Positions 25,106 to 37,500 of a stretch of 64,000 bases of DNA are shown one piece after another. The notes under the pieces are model-generated. The model made no database searches. It was not told the origin of the DNA and saw nothing but the letters and a program-made list of their open reading frames with translations. Location of the stretch: positions 223,345 to 287,344 of the forward strand of contig NMRA01000230.1 of the NCBI GenBank assembly GCA_002633005.1. The letters are read 5' to 3'. The position numbers and the translations under genes are program-made. Source of the stretch: Phoronis australis (taxonomy: Eukaryota > Animalia > Phoronida). Every line of letters begins with the position of its first letter. The stretch's first letter is position 1.

Positions 25106-28100
25106 ATGAGTAGGTCAAGAAGAAATGTTTTGAGCAACACTGGCGCAATGCCGTGGTTAACTCGACACCCATTCAGATATAGCCAAGCCATCGTATGTAA
25201 AATCCCGGATTCCTTCAAAGATCACGCTTTGAGGTCCAACCCTGATGCCGTGGTTGATCTTGAAAAGGTCAGGAAGCAACATGACAACTATATTGACAGC
25301 TTGCGCGCAGTTGGTAAGTTTTGATTTTCCGCGACACCAATGGCAATGCTAGCAGGTTAAATACTTATTGACGGGTTACGTGTCTGAGTGCTAGTGGTAT
25401 ATAGACAGAGACCACCGTCTCTAGTTGGCTCCAGTAGAGACGGTGAAGCTCCTGTTGTATTACTGCAGGTTCACTAGGTAGGCCTGTAGCCTGTAGAAGT
25501 ACTCACCAGTTAAAACATTCAACCTTCAATGGCTTCAATAAAACCCAATCGAGATGCTCGTCCCTGACGGCCTGATTGAGCAGCCTCCTGCCAGTGGTAT
25601 GAATAACAAAAAAAAAAACATCTTGGGAACCATAAAACTTACAAATCACAAAACACTGTAGAAAGATCAAGGACAAATGATGTTGACGATTACAACATTC
25701 CCCTCCTCCCTAAAAAGTGTGGGCTCAACTGGGAATCAACATCATTCGCCAAATACGAAAAACATCTCAAAAATTAACCATATCCCCCTTACCAATAATT
25801 AAGCCACTACTAAATAGACCAAGAGTGTTAGAATTACAAGGACAGTTCCCGTGGAAGTAGAGAATAACTGTCGTGAACACTGGGATTGTTACGTCAGGCT
25901 TTTTATGATTCCCTAGTTGGTTGCTACTTGAACCCCTCTTGTGGTCTATTGTTTTGGCCAATTAGGGCCTGCTGGTGTTATTCTGCTGGTCCGCTGGGAC
26001 CTCGTGGTCTGCCTCTTTCCGGGGAGAAAACACGTAGTGTTTGCAGTGGTGAAGAGACATCGTATTTGAAGTAGAAGACTTTTGAAGAGTTGTAGAATTG
26101 GCTGTAAAGGTCGCTTTGGGTATCCTGGTGGGAAGGCGTAGTGCTTACTGTGTCAGAAGGGTATAGAGTAGGCAGTGGCCGAAAGACGTGTCACTCACGT
26201 GAGTACAGAAGAAGAAAGACGTTAAAAACATGGCGAGTCCCTGGGCTGACGTAACTACTGGTTACCAGTGAAGCCAGCTCGGGGAGGTTTGCCACATAAC
26301 GCACATAGGTTCAATATAGAAGCACCAAAAATAATACAAAAAGTTCAGAATGCCAGCACATCCCAAACACATGAAGTAAATCATAAAAAGAAAACCTAAG
26401 CAGGATCCCAATCCACCCCCCCCTCCCCCCAGGGCGGAAGAGCAGTCACCTAACGTAAAAAGTTTTCACGGACTTGTAGATGCAAAAGGGTATAGAACCC
26501 GTGCATTGCTAGTGGAATTCTCAAAATAAACCGTGCACTACAATGATGCATGTATATTACATTTTGACGGGCTTCGGGTGGAGGCCGGACGGACATTCCA
26601 ACCCGATGGGAACGCCTTGGACACAGACCTAAAATGGATAGGTTCAAAGAGAAATGTAACTGACCCTCCACTAAATGTAGGCATCCTGGCAACTGAGACA
26701 GACATGGAAGTACCACACCCAGGTTAATCGGGCACTAGGAATAGATAATAAATAAGGGACTTAGTTGTAGGAAGAAAGTATTAGGTCAATGAAATGGTGT
26801 TCAATGACATAACCAAAACACTTCCTAAGCCTAAAATCACCAACTACGAGGACGCAATAAATAAATACCCAAAACCCAAAGGATACACAACCCAGTTAAA
26901 CCACCAAACCAAACAGACCAAGAAATCACTTAGTCACCATACCAGCAACACTCCCCTATCCAACCATCCCCCGGACCTACAGAATGCCCTGGTCAGGAAA
27001 AGGTTTTCAATAAAAGTTGTTGAATACTCCTAGAAAAACCTAACCAGTGCCGACTACGCCAAATGTTGTATTACTACAGGTTCACTAGGTAAGCCTGTAG
27101 AAGTACTCACCAGTTAAAACAACTACTCAACCTTCAATAAAACCAAATCGAGGTGCTCGTCTTTGACGGCCTGATTGCCTGCTGAAAGACTGTCAGCAGC
27201 CTCCCGCCAGCAGTATAAATAAAAGAAACATCCGGAGAACCATAAAACCGACAAACCACAAGACACCACTGAAAGATCAAGGACGAATGGTGTTGACGAT
27301 TACAGGGATTTCTACAGGAGTAAATTGTGCGTCACTGTGATTATTAGTAAAACAAAGTCACGCTGTACCTTTTACACAATAGCATAGTGGGAAACGTCGT
27401 TGCAGTCTTTAATTTCTTCCAACTGGAACAAATACTCCTGTAATCAAACTTGTTTTCAAGCAGTCCTTCATTCAGTTGCCCAAATTGGCAACTGGCCATT
27501 TTTAGCACTGAAGGCACTACTGGCAGGCGTGATAAAAATAGGAGCACTCACGCAATATAAAAATTACCAGTTGCAGATTTGGGCTACTGAATGAAAGACT
27601 ACTCAAAAAAGTTTGATTCCAGGAGTATTTGTTCGAGTTAGAAAAAATTAAAGACATCGACAGCCTCCTAAGCTATCCCTCTATGCGCAAAAAGTACTTA
27701 TATAACAACGTGACTTTGATGTTTTAATCAGTGTGAGGCATAATTCGCCGAAAAGCTTCACCGTCTCTACTGGGGTCATCTACAGATGGTGGTCACTGTC
27801 TATGTGACAGTTAGACGTGTGACCTGTCAGTAAATAAGTATTTACAGTGGGTGAATGAGTGACAGACCCAATCTGTAATTAATCACTAAGGCCCGAGACA
27901 GGCAGGCCAACCATGCCTAAACTCTGAGTGGCCCTAGGTCTTTTAGGCTTAACCCCTTGGTGGAACTGCTTCGACTTTCAGCACGACACTGTTGCTGTTA
28001 TTTTTTGTGCACCTTCAAAATTTTTTTAAAAATTCCCTTTCCCCCAATCCCATGACTTGGCAAAAAGTAACAAAATGTCACAGCCTGGCTTCTAGGTCAC

Positions 28101-31100
28101 CTAGTGTTAGGTGTTCCAAAGCTGGATTAGCGCTGATGTCGTTTTAAAGTTTGTCTTCTCAGGATGCATTTCGATGTTGTTGTCCTGGATGCATAATGTT
28201 CCGTGTGCTTTTCATGACACTACTGTATGTTGCGCCAGATTCTCATCCAAACTTGACTTGTCTTAGTACTAGCACCGTAATTACTGCCATTCTAGCATTA
28301 AAAAATTCAGTATTATTACCCCGGGGTTGTGACTCCTAGCTCTATGCACTGTGATTCCGTGCTTCGCACATACACCTCCCACACCCATTTCATATATTTT
28401 GCAATTTGCCTTTTCACTTCCTCTCTAGGAAAGACTTGTGCTTTTACCGTTTTTATCAAAAGTGGCATTTATTGGCTAGATTTCACCAGGGACTCAAACC
28501 CTATAAGTGGCGTTTATTGGCTAGATCTCAACAGGGACTCAAACCTTGTGACACAATGATCATGGTTTTCAGCTATGACCAATTTGGCTTATGGCTGAGT
28601 TTCTGAAGGTTAGTGGTCTATTATTGGTGCTCACAAGAAGTGATGTTACGCAGTCTCCTCACCAGATAATGTACTTTCGAACAGTGACAGTAAGTGACCC
28701 CATGTCTCATGTCATTATATTCCAATCCATCAGTTTATGCTGTTCAAGCTGCTACTTTTTAGAACTCTCATTCCAATTATTACAACCTTGGTTTCTGTTT
28801 TTACCAAGAAACTATAAATGGATTCTTTGGTTTACATTTATCTATGATTCGTGTTTCATACTGATACAAACGTGCTGGATGTGTTGCCACTTGAGGAATG
28901 CAAACAAATGTCTTGTTATCATTACTGCATGTCATATTGTTTCATACGTGACATTTCCAGCCCAGTTTTGTCTTGCCTGTCATTTTTGTACATAACCTTG
29001 ACATCAAACAAGAGAAGCCATTTTGTAAATCTATAATGTAAGCTATGCCATCAGGAAGCTTTCTTTTTATACTTATGAAAAGTAAGCTCCCTGATGACAT
29101 AGCCACTGTGCATAAAAAAATATATATGCCAATACCTACTTCCATGTATATAGTGGGACAATACAGTAATGCTCTGGACATTTTTATTCATTTGAAAAAC
29201 TCTACAATTAGGAGATGGGCATTTAAAATGCTCATTAACTTGTTTTAATAAATCACTGGTGGGAAGTAAACTATGCAACTGGCTTTGTTAACTATTTCAC
29301 ATGGAAAAGTCAAGTCAGAACCAGTGTAGGCAATAAAGTGTTAGTTTAGCTTAGCCTTCAAAACACTCACAATTTGTTTACCTATGGCTAACAGTGGTGA
29401 GCACGACTCCATTGCCGTACCATTAAATACCTGCTTTGATCCCCTTAACCACAGTCCCATACCAGCAAACATCAAAACCCCTCTAAAAGTTCCGTACCCA
29501 TACTCCTTAACTCTGCACATATGCCCAGTGACCAAACTGGCTGTACTTCGGGAGCAAGTTTTCGGTTATACAGAGTTTGTTGAGTGCACGACACTTTTCA
29601 TTGTTCACAGTCTTTATTCCATTACGTTCATACTTTCGGAACAAAACTCTACTCTCAACTGAACATAGATACAGTAACTGACCTAGCGACATAATTAAAA
29701 GACACACGATATTTCGAAACAATGAAAATTGTCATGCATTTTACAAATTCTGTATAACCAGTGACCAAACTACACACCCAGATGACTGTGGGTCCATGTG
29801 AGGATATGGAGTTCAGTCACTGCATATGAGGAGTTAAGGGACATAGGTGTGAATTTCCACACTTGCACGGTGTTCTTGGTGCTTGCTGGTCAGGGGTTGG
29901 GTCACAGGTCACAATGTGTGTCCAAACTTGAAAGGTTTGGATTGACATTGGGCGTCCAAATGATAAATTGGGCATCCTTGCCAGATTAGTGCCAAAGCGT
30001 CCATTTGGACGTACGCTGCATAAAGGCCTGGTTTATGGTATTAAAGCTGGAGTTTTGTGGCTCAGCCATGGAATTGTTTCCTCACCAATTTTCACGTGAC
30101 TTTTGCATGAGAAGTAACCACTGTGCAACTTTCTGGTTCACGTCTGACTAGGCACCCATCCTCAAAATGTTTCAGCATATTGATTTCCCAGTTCCTCTGA
30201 GCGTCGACCTGAAGCGAATTTGGCATACTGGAACAAATTGTTCCCTGAACTCCATGATTATATAAACTAACGAGTATCTGATTTGACTTCATGTTCAATT
30301 CCAGGTGTGGACATTCTAGAGCTTCACCCCAATGAAAACTACCCCGACTGTCCATTTGTTGAAGATTGCGCCGTTGTCATCAATGAGACTGCACTTATCT
30401 GCAGCCCTGGGGCCCATACCAGGGTCGGTGAGGTGGGCTGATATCACACTTTGTTAATTTGTAATAAATTTTGATTATTAAAAATGGTCTACTTTGCAGC
30501 GGGTAAAACTGTCTTTATGGCACACCAGTGTGTGTTTTGTTGACTATATTTGTGTACTTACTTCTCTACACCTAAATCCGAAATAATGTATTTTTAACAA
30601 AAATTATTTTCTCAGTGTTTCCTATGCCATGTGCCTAAGCTTCGCCTACAGGGCATAGACAGCTACCCCTTGTGTATGTGTGTTTTTGGTGTGTTCTATC
30701 CATTCTTTGTACTTTTTAATCTAGTATTGTATACGTGTCAACATCTACCATTTTGTAATGAATAGGTCAAGTTTCACTCAGATAGTATTTTACTGTAATA
30801 ATAACTTATAGGTGACTCGCATTTTTGGAACCAGTTTTCTCCACTGAATAATGGACATCAAACTGGTTCTCATTATCGGGAGCCCCCTGTAAGTTACCGT
30901 ATTATTGACATATTTTACAATTAATTTTCTCTTTAGTTTCACTCATTTTAATGTTTCACGTTGTTATGAGCACGTGAACCTAGTTATTAAAATTTGATGA
31001 AATGTTGTTTCCATAGATCTTTTTAAATAAATCTCAGGCAAGATGGAGTATTTTTTAGCTACAGCCAGGATTTAAAATGTTCCGGTCAGTTGTGGAAAGG

Positions 31101-34100
31101 GACAGGATGTAGCATGAAGTCTAAAATGCATTGTATTGAGATGGTGGATGATTGTTCTGTGAAGGTGAGATGCTTTTGTTTGTTTCACGAGCTTGCATTG
31201 TTTTTGACCAATTGAAATGTCTTGATTTTGTATTGTCGTTCTTTCAGCCTTCAGCCATAAGAAACTGCTTGCATCAGGAACTGGGTCTAACTATTGTGGA
31301 CATTGACTCAAATAAGGCGACACTGGAGGGCGGTGATGTACTATTCACAGGTCAGTCTAGATCAGTTGTATAGCGGTATCAGTTTTAGAAAACATTAGAC
31401 CAATATTATAAAGGAAATAATTGTTTTTGATTATGAAATTCATTGTCAGTAAAGATAATACAAAACAGTGAGACACTTTGCTTTGTTCTTAAAATATCAG
31501 TAAGCTTAGCACAGCTTGACAATGTGGTCATTAAGCACCAATCCGTTGTCTTGTTTCTTAGTCCATTTGAAATCCATATGTAATATGTTTGGTGTTTTCC
31601 AGTTTTGCTGTGGTAATGTGGTCTGTAATTCCAGCTTGCAAGATAACCCTCATTGCCGCATGTTCACTTTCACTAAAAGTGGACGACATGTTTACTCAAT
31701 ACTTTGAGGAGACTGTTGTTTTAATCTTCCCTTTCACCAAAAAGATCAAATCAACACTTTTTGAAGAGCATGTAATGATCTGAATATAGAAATAACAATT
31801 TAATATCAGGTTTTTTGAAGTGGTATCTTCAATGCTATATATTTGTAATAACATATCTAAGTATTAGAATACTTATATTAGATACTACTTAATTGTATGT
31901 ATATTACTTTCATTTATGAATTGTTTACAACCCAGATATAATGCTTCACGATTTCTGGGTTTGTCATTATTTCTTTGTATGTTCTGTGTTTTCTTCAATA
32001 AATATATATCACCTTAAAAAAATGCTAAATGATAATCAATACACACTGAATTGGTCATGCTGTTATTTTCCAATTTTGTTACAGCTATCTACATTTGAAT
32101 CTGAGATTGTTTATTAAGATGCTCTTTCATTTGTTTTCACCAGTTTTAGAACCTCCGAAGAGTTTTATCAATCAAAATTGGGAAAATTATCGTAAATTAC
32201 TGATTTGCATTATTTATGTCATCTTCTGACGATTCATTGAGAAGGAATTTCAATACTACCCAATTGTTCGTCCATTTTTGCTACACCACCAGAAATTCAA
32301 AAATTATTTTTGAAAATTATACAATTCTAGATATTTTGATTATTTGTTGAAAGAGCATCATTTGGAATGAACTTTGACCTAGATTGGTTTGGGGTCACAT
32401 TCTTTTTATTAATTTTTTAAGTGAAATGAAGCAGAAAAAGTGTCTTCAAGTTAAAAATTGCACTAATAGTTACCCATGACATAATTCAACTGACATGTAT
32501 TGCTTTTACATTTAGGTAAGGAAATAATTGTGGGAATATCACGGCGAACAAATATCCATGGTGCTCGGTACGTTGCGAAAACCTTCCCAGAATACCCCAC
32601 AACTATTGTTAAAGTTCCACCACCTCTATTACATCTCAAGTCAGCTGTTTCCGTCGTGCATGAAGATGTGTTGGCTGTGGGAGAGAGTCCAGAAGCTCAG
32701 CAGATCTTAGCTGTGAGTGAAAGTGCATGAAATGATAACAACAGCTAAAACTGGCAGCGTTGGCGCTAGGTTCTCTTGACTTTGAGTTTGCGGAGCTCGC
32801 TGAATTTAAAAAAATTCCAAGTCCTTTTCAAATTTGTCGAGTGCGTGACCCGTTTGTTATTCCCTACAGCTGCGAAAACACTAAATTGAAGGTGCATTGA
32901 ATGTTTCTAGCTCAAAGAAAACTAGGAGAAACCTGCTGAAAAACTGATACCTGTCCTCTGGTTTTTGGTACACATTCTTTAGTTGCCCTTCAAATCTAGG
33001 GCATGGCTCTATGATTCAGGAAACCAATTGATTTTTAGTATTCTAAATCATGAGATGGGTACTTTGTCTGCATTAAATATGCATGGCTGAAACATTGCAT
33101 TTAAGTTTTTATTGCACAATGTGTGGCGTTATGGTTTAGAATGCTCACACTGTTTGTTTAACCACGTGCAAAGGGAGAGGGATGGTAAACTAAGGTCATG
33201 TTCATGTGAGTGTCGCTGGTAATCACTGACTGCAAGGGCAAAGTGAAAAGAAGCAATCAGTGTTCATGTGTGAATCTGAGGCTATTTTTACATTGCTGAA
33301 ACCACTAAGTTAACTGTTAACCAATGGGAAATAAATGACTGGGTTAAAAATGAGTCTGTGATTCAGCAACGGCAAACATTATAGTTACTTAGAGACTAAG
33401 GTTAATTTAATCTTGACTCTGATATAAAATGTTGATTTCCGTCACATTGCAGTCAAGCTTGATCAAGTTAAGGGAACCACATAAGTCACAGTCTATTCAG
33501 ATGAAGAAAGAATACTCTTTCTTCATAATCATGGATGTTTTTGTTTCCATATCTTATATGTCAATTGTCATTTTGTGTTTGATTTTACTTTATTTCTGTT
33601 TTAGTTGACAAAGGAAGTTATTACATCCGAAAATTTCAAATTTCAGTTGATCCATTCTTGTTGTTTTACTTACCGATTTTTGTTTCCAGGAAATCCTTTG
33701 TCGTGCTTCATTTGGCTATGGGATTGTAAAAGTGGAGGAGAACCTTGCTGCAAATGTCCTGTTTGTTAATGATACCATTATACATCAGAGTAAGCAAGTC
33801 ATTCCTAAAGGGTTCAGGGTAAGTATTGTGTATGACACTATTGTACATCAGAGTAAGCAAGTCATCCCTAAAGGCTTCAGGGTAAGTACTGTGTATGACA
33901 CCATTGTACATCAGAGTAAGCAGGTCATTCCTAAAGGGTTCAGGGTAAGTACTGTGTATGACACCATTGTACATCAGAGTAAGCAAGTCATTCCTAAAGG
34001 CTTCAGGGTAAGTACTGTGTATAACAAAAGGAAGTGGACAGCACTTTATTTTTTCCATTGTGGCGGTTTGTTCTGTTTAGAGCAAAAATATCTGGCAATG

Positions 34101-34588
34101 ACTGTTTTGGAATTAAAACTCTAATTATAGAATGGTTTAGATGTCTTATTATCTCCCTTGTTACCTCCTCTTCATTCTTGGTCATGACAAGGAATTCTGG
34201 GTAATTTGTCTGAATACTTTTAGGGTGCGCTGTAAGTTGATAGTGGGTTTAGCATACAGTAAGAATAATAATTCTTTTTGCAACTAATGATTACCAAATC
34301 TGTCATTTTAAAAGACTGGTTGTTACTGTTCAAGGTAGGCTTAATGATCATTTTCAAGGTTACATGCAATGTGTGAACAGTTTTTATTGGCGTGTGGAAT
34401 TAATTGTTTGACTTTTTCATTTTCAGGTTCTAGAGAGCAAATTTGATGAACGGCTCCCCCTAGACTTCAGTGAAGTGAGCAAGGTAGATGGGAATCTGAC
34501 ATCATGCGCCATATTTGTGATGAAAGTGAGGCATCCGAAGTCTTTCCAAACTACTCTGAGAAGAGGGCAACATGAGCTGTCTAACTAG
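25106..34588 (+). CDS. DDAH: N(G),N(G)-dimethylarginine dimethylaminohydrolase family, paralogue A (308 aa; Ser at nucleophile position)
   Basis: Exons 25106-25313, 30305-30432, 31248-31350, 32516-32712, 33690-33818, 34427-34588 total 927 nt in frame. Motifs YPDCPFVEDCAVV, ATLEGGDVLFTG, VGISRRTN, LHLKS, AANVL, SEVSKVDGNLTSC. Confidence 0.93.
25359..27843. mobile_element. Foldback/palindromic MITE split by an LTR insertion
   Basis: ~90-bp imperfect inverted repeats at 25359-25450 and ~27754-27843 (AAATACTTATT...CCAGTAGAGACGGTGAAGCT); inner arms ~27320-27450 and ~27610-27745 are also mutually inverted. Confidence 0.75.
25453..27304 (-). mobile_element. Non-autonomous LTR retrotransposon (TRIM/LARD-like), ~245-bp LTRs
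   Basis: Direct repeats 25453-25697 (TGTTGTA...TACAACA) and 27064-~27304. Polypurine tract GGGAGGAGGGGAA (minus) at 25698-25710. PBS TGGCGTAGTCGGCA (minus, 27048-27061) is complementary to the 3' end of eukaryotic tRNA-Ser. No recognisable gag/pol ORF inside. Confidence 0.85.
30826..30893. repeat. Short hairpin dispersed repeat family (other copies ~41860-41925, 46247-46305, 47950-48005, 48100-48165)
   Basis: GAACCAGTTT...~25 nt...AAACTGGTTCTC stem-loop, often followed by G(C/G)GG...CCCTGTAA. Confidence 0.7.
33770..34023 (+). repeat. 63-bp tandem repeat made of DDAH-A exon 5 3' end plus donor site (4 copies)
   Basis: Unit encodes VS(I/T)VYDTIVHQSKQVIPKGFR; AGG|GTAAGT donors at 33819, 33882, 33945, 34008. 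Confidence 0.95.
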
Positions 34589-37500
34589 TTTCCCATCATA
34601 CCTCAAAAAATGACCGACTTGTCTTGAATGCGGAGCTGTGTGCTAGTGAAACTTATTAAGGCCGTCCAGAGCGTGTACATAATTTTGCTAGTTCGCTTAC
34701 CAAGCTCACTAGTTACTAGTCGTTGTTGGTATGCACATGCCTGGAAAGTGTATACATAGCAATAATTGTCATTTCATTTGCAAGTCTAGTCTGCAGGTAC
34801 ACGTGGATGTTGTTGTGTTGATAGAATCTGTTATACATCTCTTTGCTTTTTAGCCGATTGTGTATAATCTCAAGGTATACAGGGCTTCATCTCACACTTT
34901 GGTTGGTTGTTTAAATCTTGTTACCAAGACTTTTTAAAAATGTTGCTCGTCTCAAGTACTGTTCTATCCTTGTAATGACCACAATCTTATTTAAACGTGG
35001 CTCATAAAAGCATGCAGTTGGAAATTAGAGTTAAAATTTTAATGTGTTTTTATGACAAAGAATCAATTTTATTGTGACCCATGCAAAGTTCATATAAATC
35101 ATGTACATAAAATTGCTTAAACTTTTACCCATTCCCTCAATTTTTGAACTACAATCTGTTGATGTCAGTCCCATAATGTGAGGTCACACGTGTTCCAGTT
35201 ACCTGTGGACACGCGATTCTCTCAACCCAATTCGAAGTCTGTTCACCTAACTCTGAGTTACTATCTTATGCATTTGTTGGATTTTGATGCTGAGGTAAAT
35301 GTTGGAAATTGAGATGGAACGAGGAAATACTGTGAGTGGCGTCAATTTGTCACTCATTCCAGTGTATTTTTTGTTTCGTAGGCGAGAAAATAATCCTATT
35401 AGTTTTGGTGAAGCTTTAACTTGTGATAAATGATGGGTCTACAATAAGGTTAACAATTAACTCTATTTTCAGTTGTGGGACACAACTGTGGGACATAGTT
35501 TTGGATTGCTGAATAGCATGTTTTCTTCAGGCAATTTTATTTTTGACCCACTTACATTCATAGTGTTGCAACACTTGAGAGGAAGCTGAATATGGGCTCT
35601 TTTTATGGATGCGGTTGTGTATGATTTTCTGGTTTTATTTTAGGGGATTTTAGTTACTGTTTGGTTATGTGGACAGAAATATCATAGCCACTGTGCTCAG
35701 CGACTTGTTGTGTGCCAAGGTAATAGTCAGATGTGGTTGTTATTAGGGGATAGAATTATGTGAGCCGTGAGATTTGTACCCAGTGTCATGTTACTCAGTG
35801 AAAATGCTTTTACAAGCGATTGCTCAATACATTTTTAAAACGCACATTTGGAATGTCCATTCCCGGGTTTGTTTTGCATCATACTCTGCTGTCTTCCTGT
35901 TGGCGATGTCTTTTAATGTTGTTAAATGATGCTGGTACGAATCAAAACAGCAATTTGTTGGAAAAGATCAATTAATTTAATTGTTAATCTTGAGTCTGTA
36001 GGAATATAGTCTTCATTCCGTAATGTTGTTTTTATCACTTCCACTGTTAAAAAAATAAATAATTTGATTGTTAATGTTGAGTCTATGGGAATGTAGTCTC
36101 CATTCCGAAGTGTTGTTTTTCTCTTTCAATGTTAGTTTTATTTTGGGTGCTTTTTGTGTTTTCAAGTTTTGCTTTTATTTTTTGTGTTAAGTTTGCTGTA
36201 AGTTAATCATGTACTGAGTTGCGGTGCCTGGTATTACAGCCATACTGCGCTCGATATTTAATTTTTGCTTGTTGGTTGCAGTAACGTATTGTCCATACTT
36301 ACTGGCATTTTCAGAAGGGTACGTCACCTACGCTTCTGGCAGATGATTTGTACATCCAAAAATGTCAATTTCCTTTCTATAGATGATGTCAATCAATATT
36401 TTTAGACCCTAAGCCACTCCTTATAAGTACCTCACCCAATGTACGTTTTGATTTTGAAAATTTTGTTATTGTGGACGATCTCCTGGTGTTCTTTCCTTTT
36501 AAGTCGTGCTTTAGTGACATTGATGGTCTGTTTGTGTTGTTGCTTGCCAGAACCTGAAGTGCTTGTGACTTTGATATTTGTTGTGGCTAGTTGTGGCTGT
36601 ATTTTAAATTTGTTCTTTCTATTTACAGTTAGTTCAAGCAATGTAGGTCAGGTATCGGGGGTTTTCTTCTGGCGTTCTTCACCCCAAATTTTACAAAACT
36701 GATCTTAGTGGTGGAGATGTTAACTTTGAAAAATCAAAACGGTGTAAACTCTGTGTCACCTCTCCTTTAACAAAATACATGCATAGTACAGATGGACAGA
36801 TTCTGTCCCTCACAAATCTACAGATGGACAGATTTTGTCCCTCACAAATCACATGTATGGTCTAATTCAAGTTTATGGTGAGAACAGATCAATTACCATT
36901 CCTTGCAAAACTAAATGTGGTTCATGGAGAAAAGAAATTTCTTTGAACTGCTCTGTGAAAGAAGACATAGATATTGGGAGAAAAGAATGGTTTTCATGAG
37001 AAAAGAATGTTGTAAGTGAGAACGGTTGTGCGGTTGGTGAGAGAGGTAAAGACTGGTCACTTTTTTAGTGCTGTGCATTAATAACTTGGTTTAGAATTTA
37101 AGGAAAATAGGGCTTTTGGAATCCATTTTACCGTACTTAGTTTGAGTTCGTGCCTTGGTTTGCTTGTAATGTTGTGTAATAAAAGCTTTTGTGGTTTGGC
37201 ATATGATATAGTTTTGTAATACTTACTAAAAATTAGTCTTGGATTAGATTCGAGTTACACGATGTATTCCCGAATTTGTTTATACAAGTTTTCAAGAAGT
37301 TAAAAGATTGAGAAACATGTTTTAAAAAATTTGGCAAGTTGTTCACTATCGTTTGTTGACGTCCCTTAAATGAATTTAAATATGGAAGGGTACTTAAGGT
37401 AAAACATGTCATATACTTTTCTCAAAGTTTAGTGTGTGTATTACAAAAGAATTTTTAGTGTACTGGTCTTCAATGGGGTACACTATCTGCAATGTCAAAA

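Noticed and set aside
34502-34504. Possible selenocysteine recoding at the DDAH nucleophile
   Set aside because: The codons are TCA (A) and GGT (B), not TGA.
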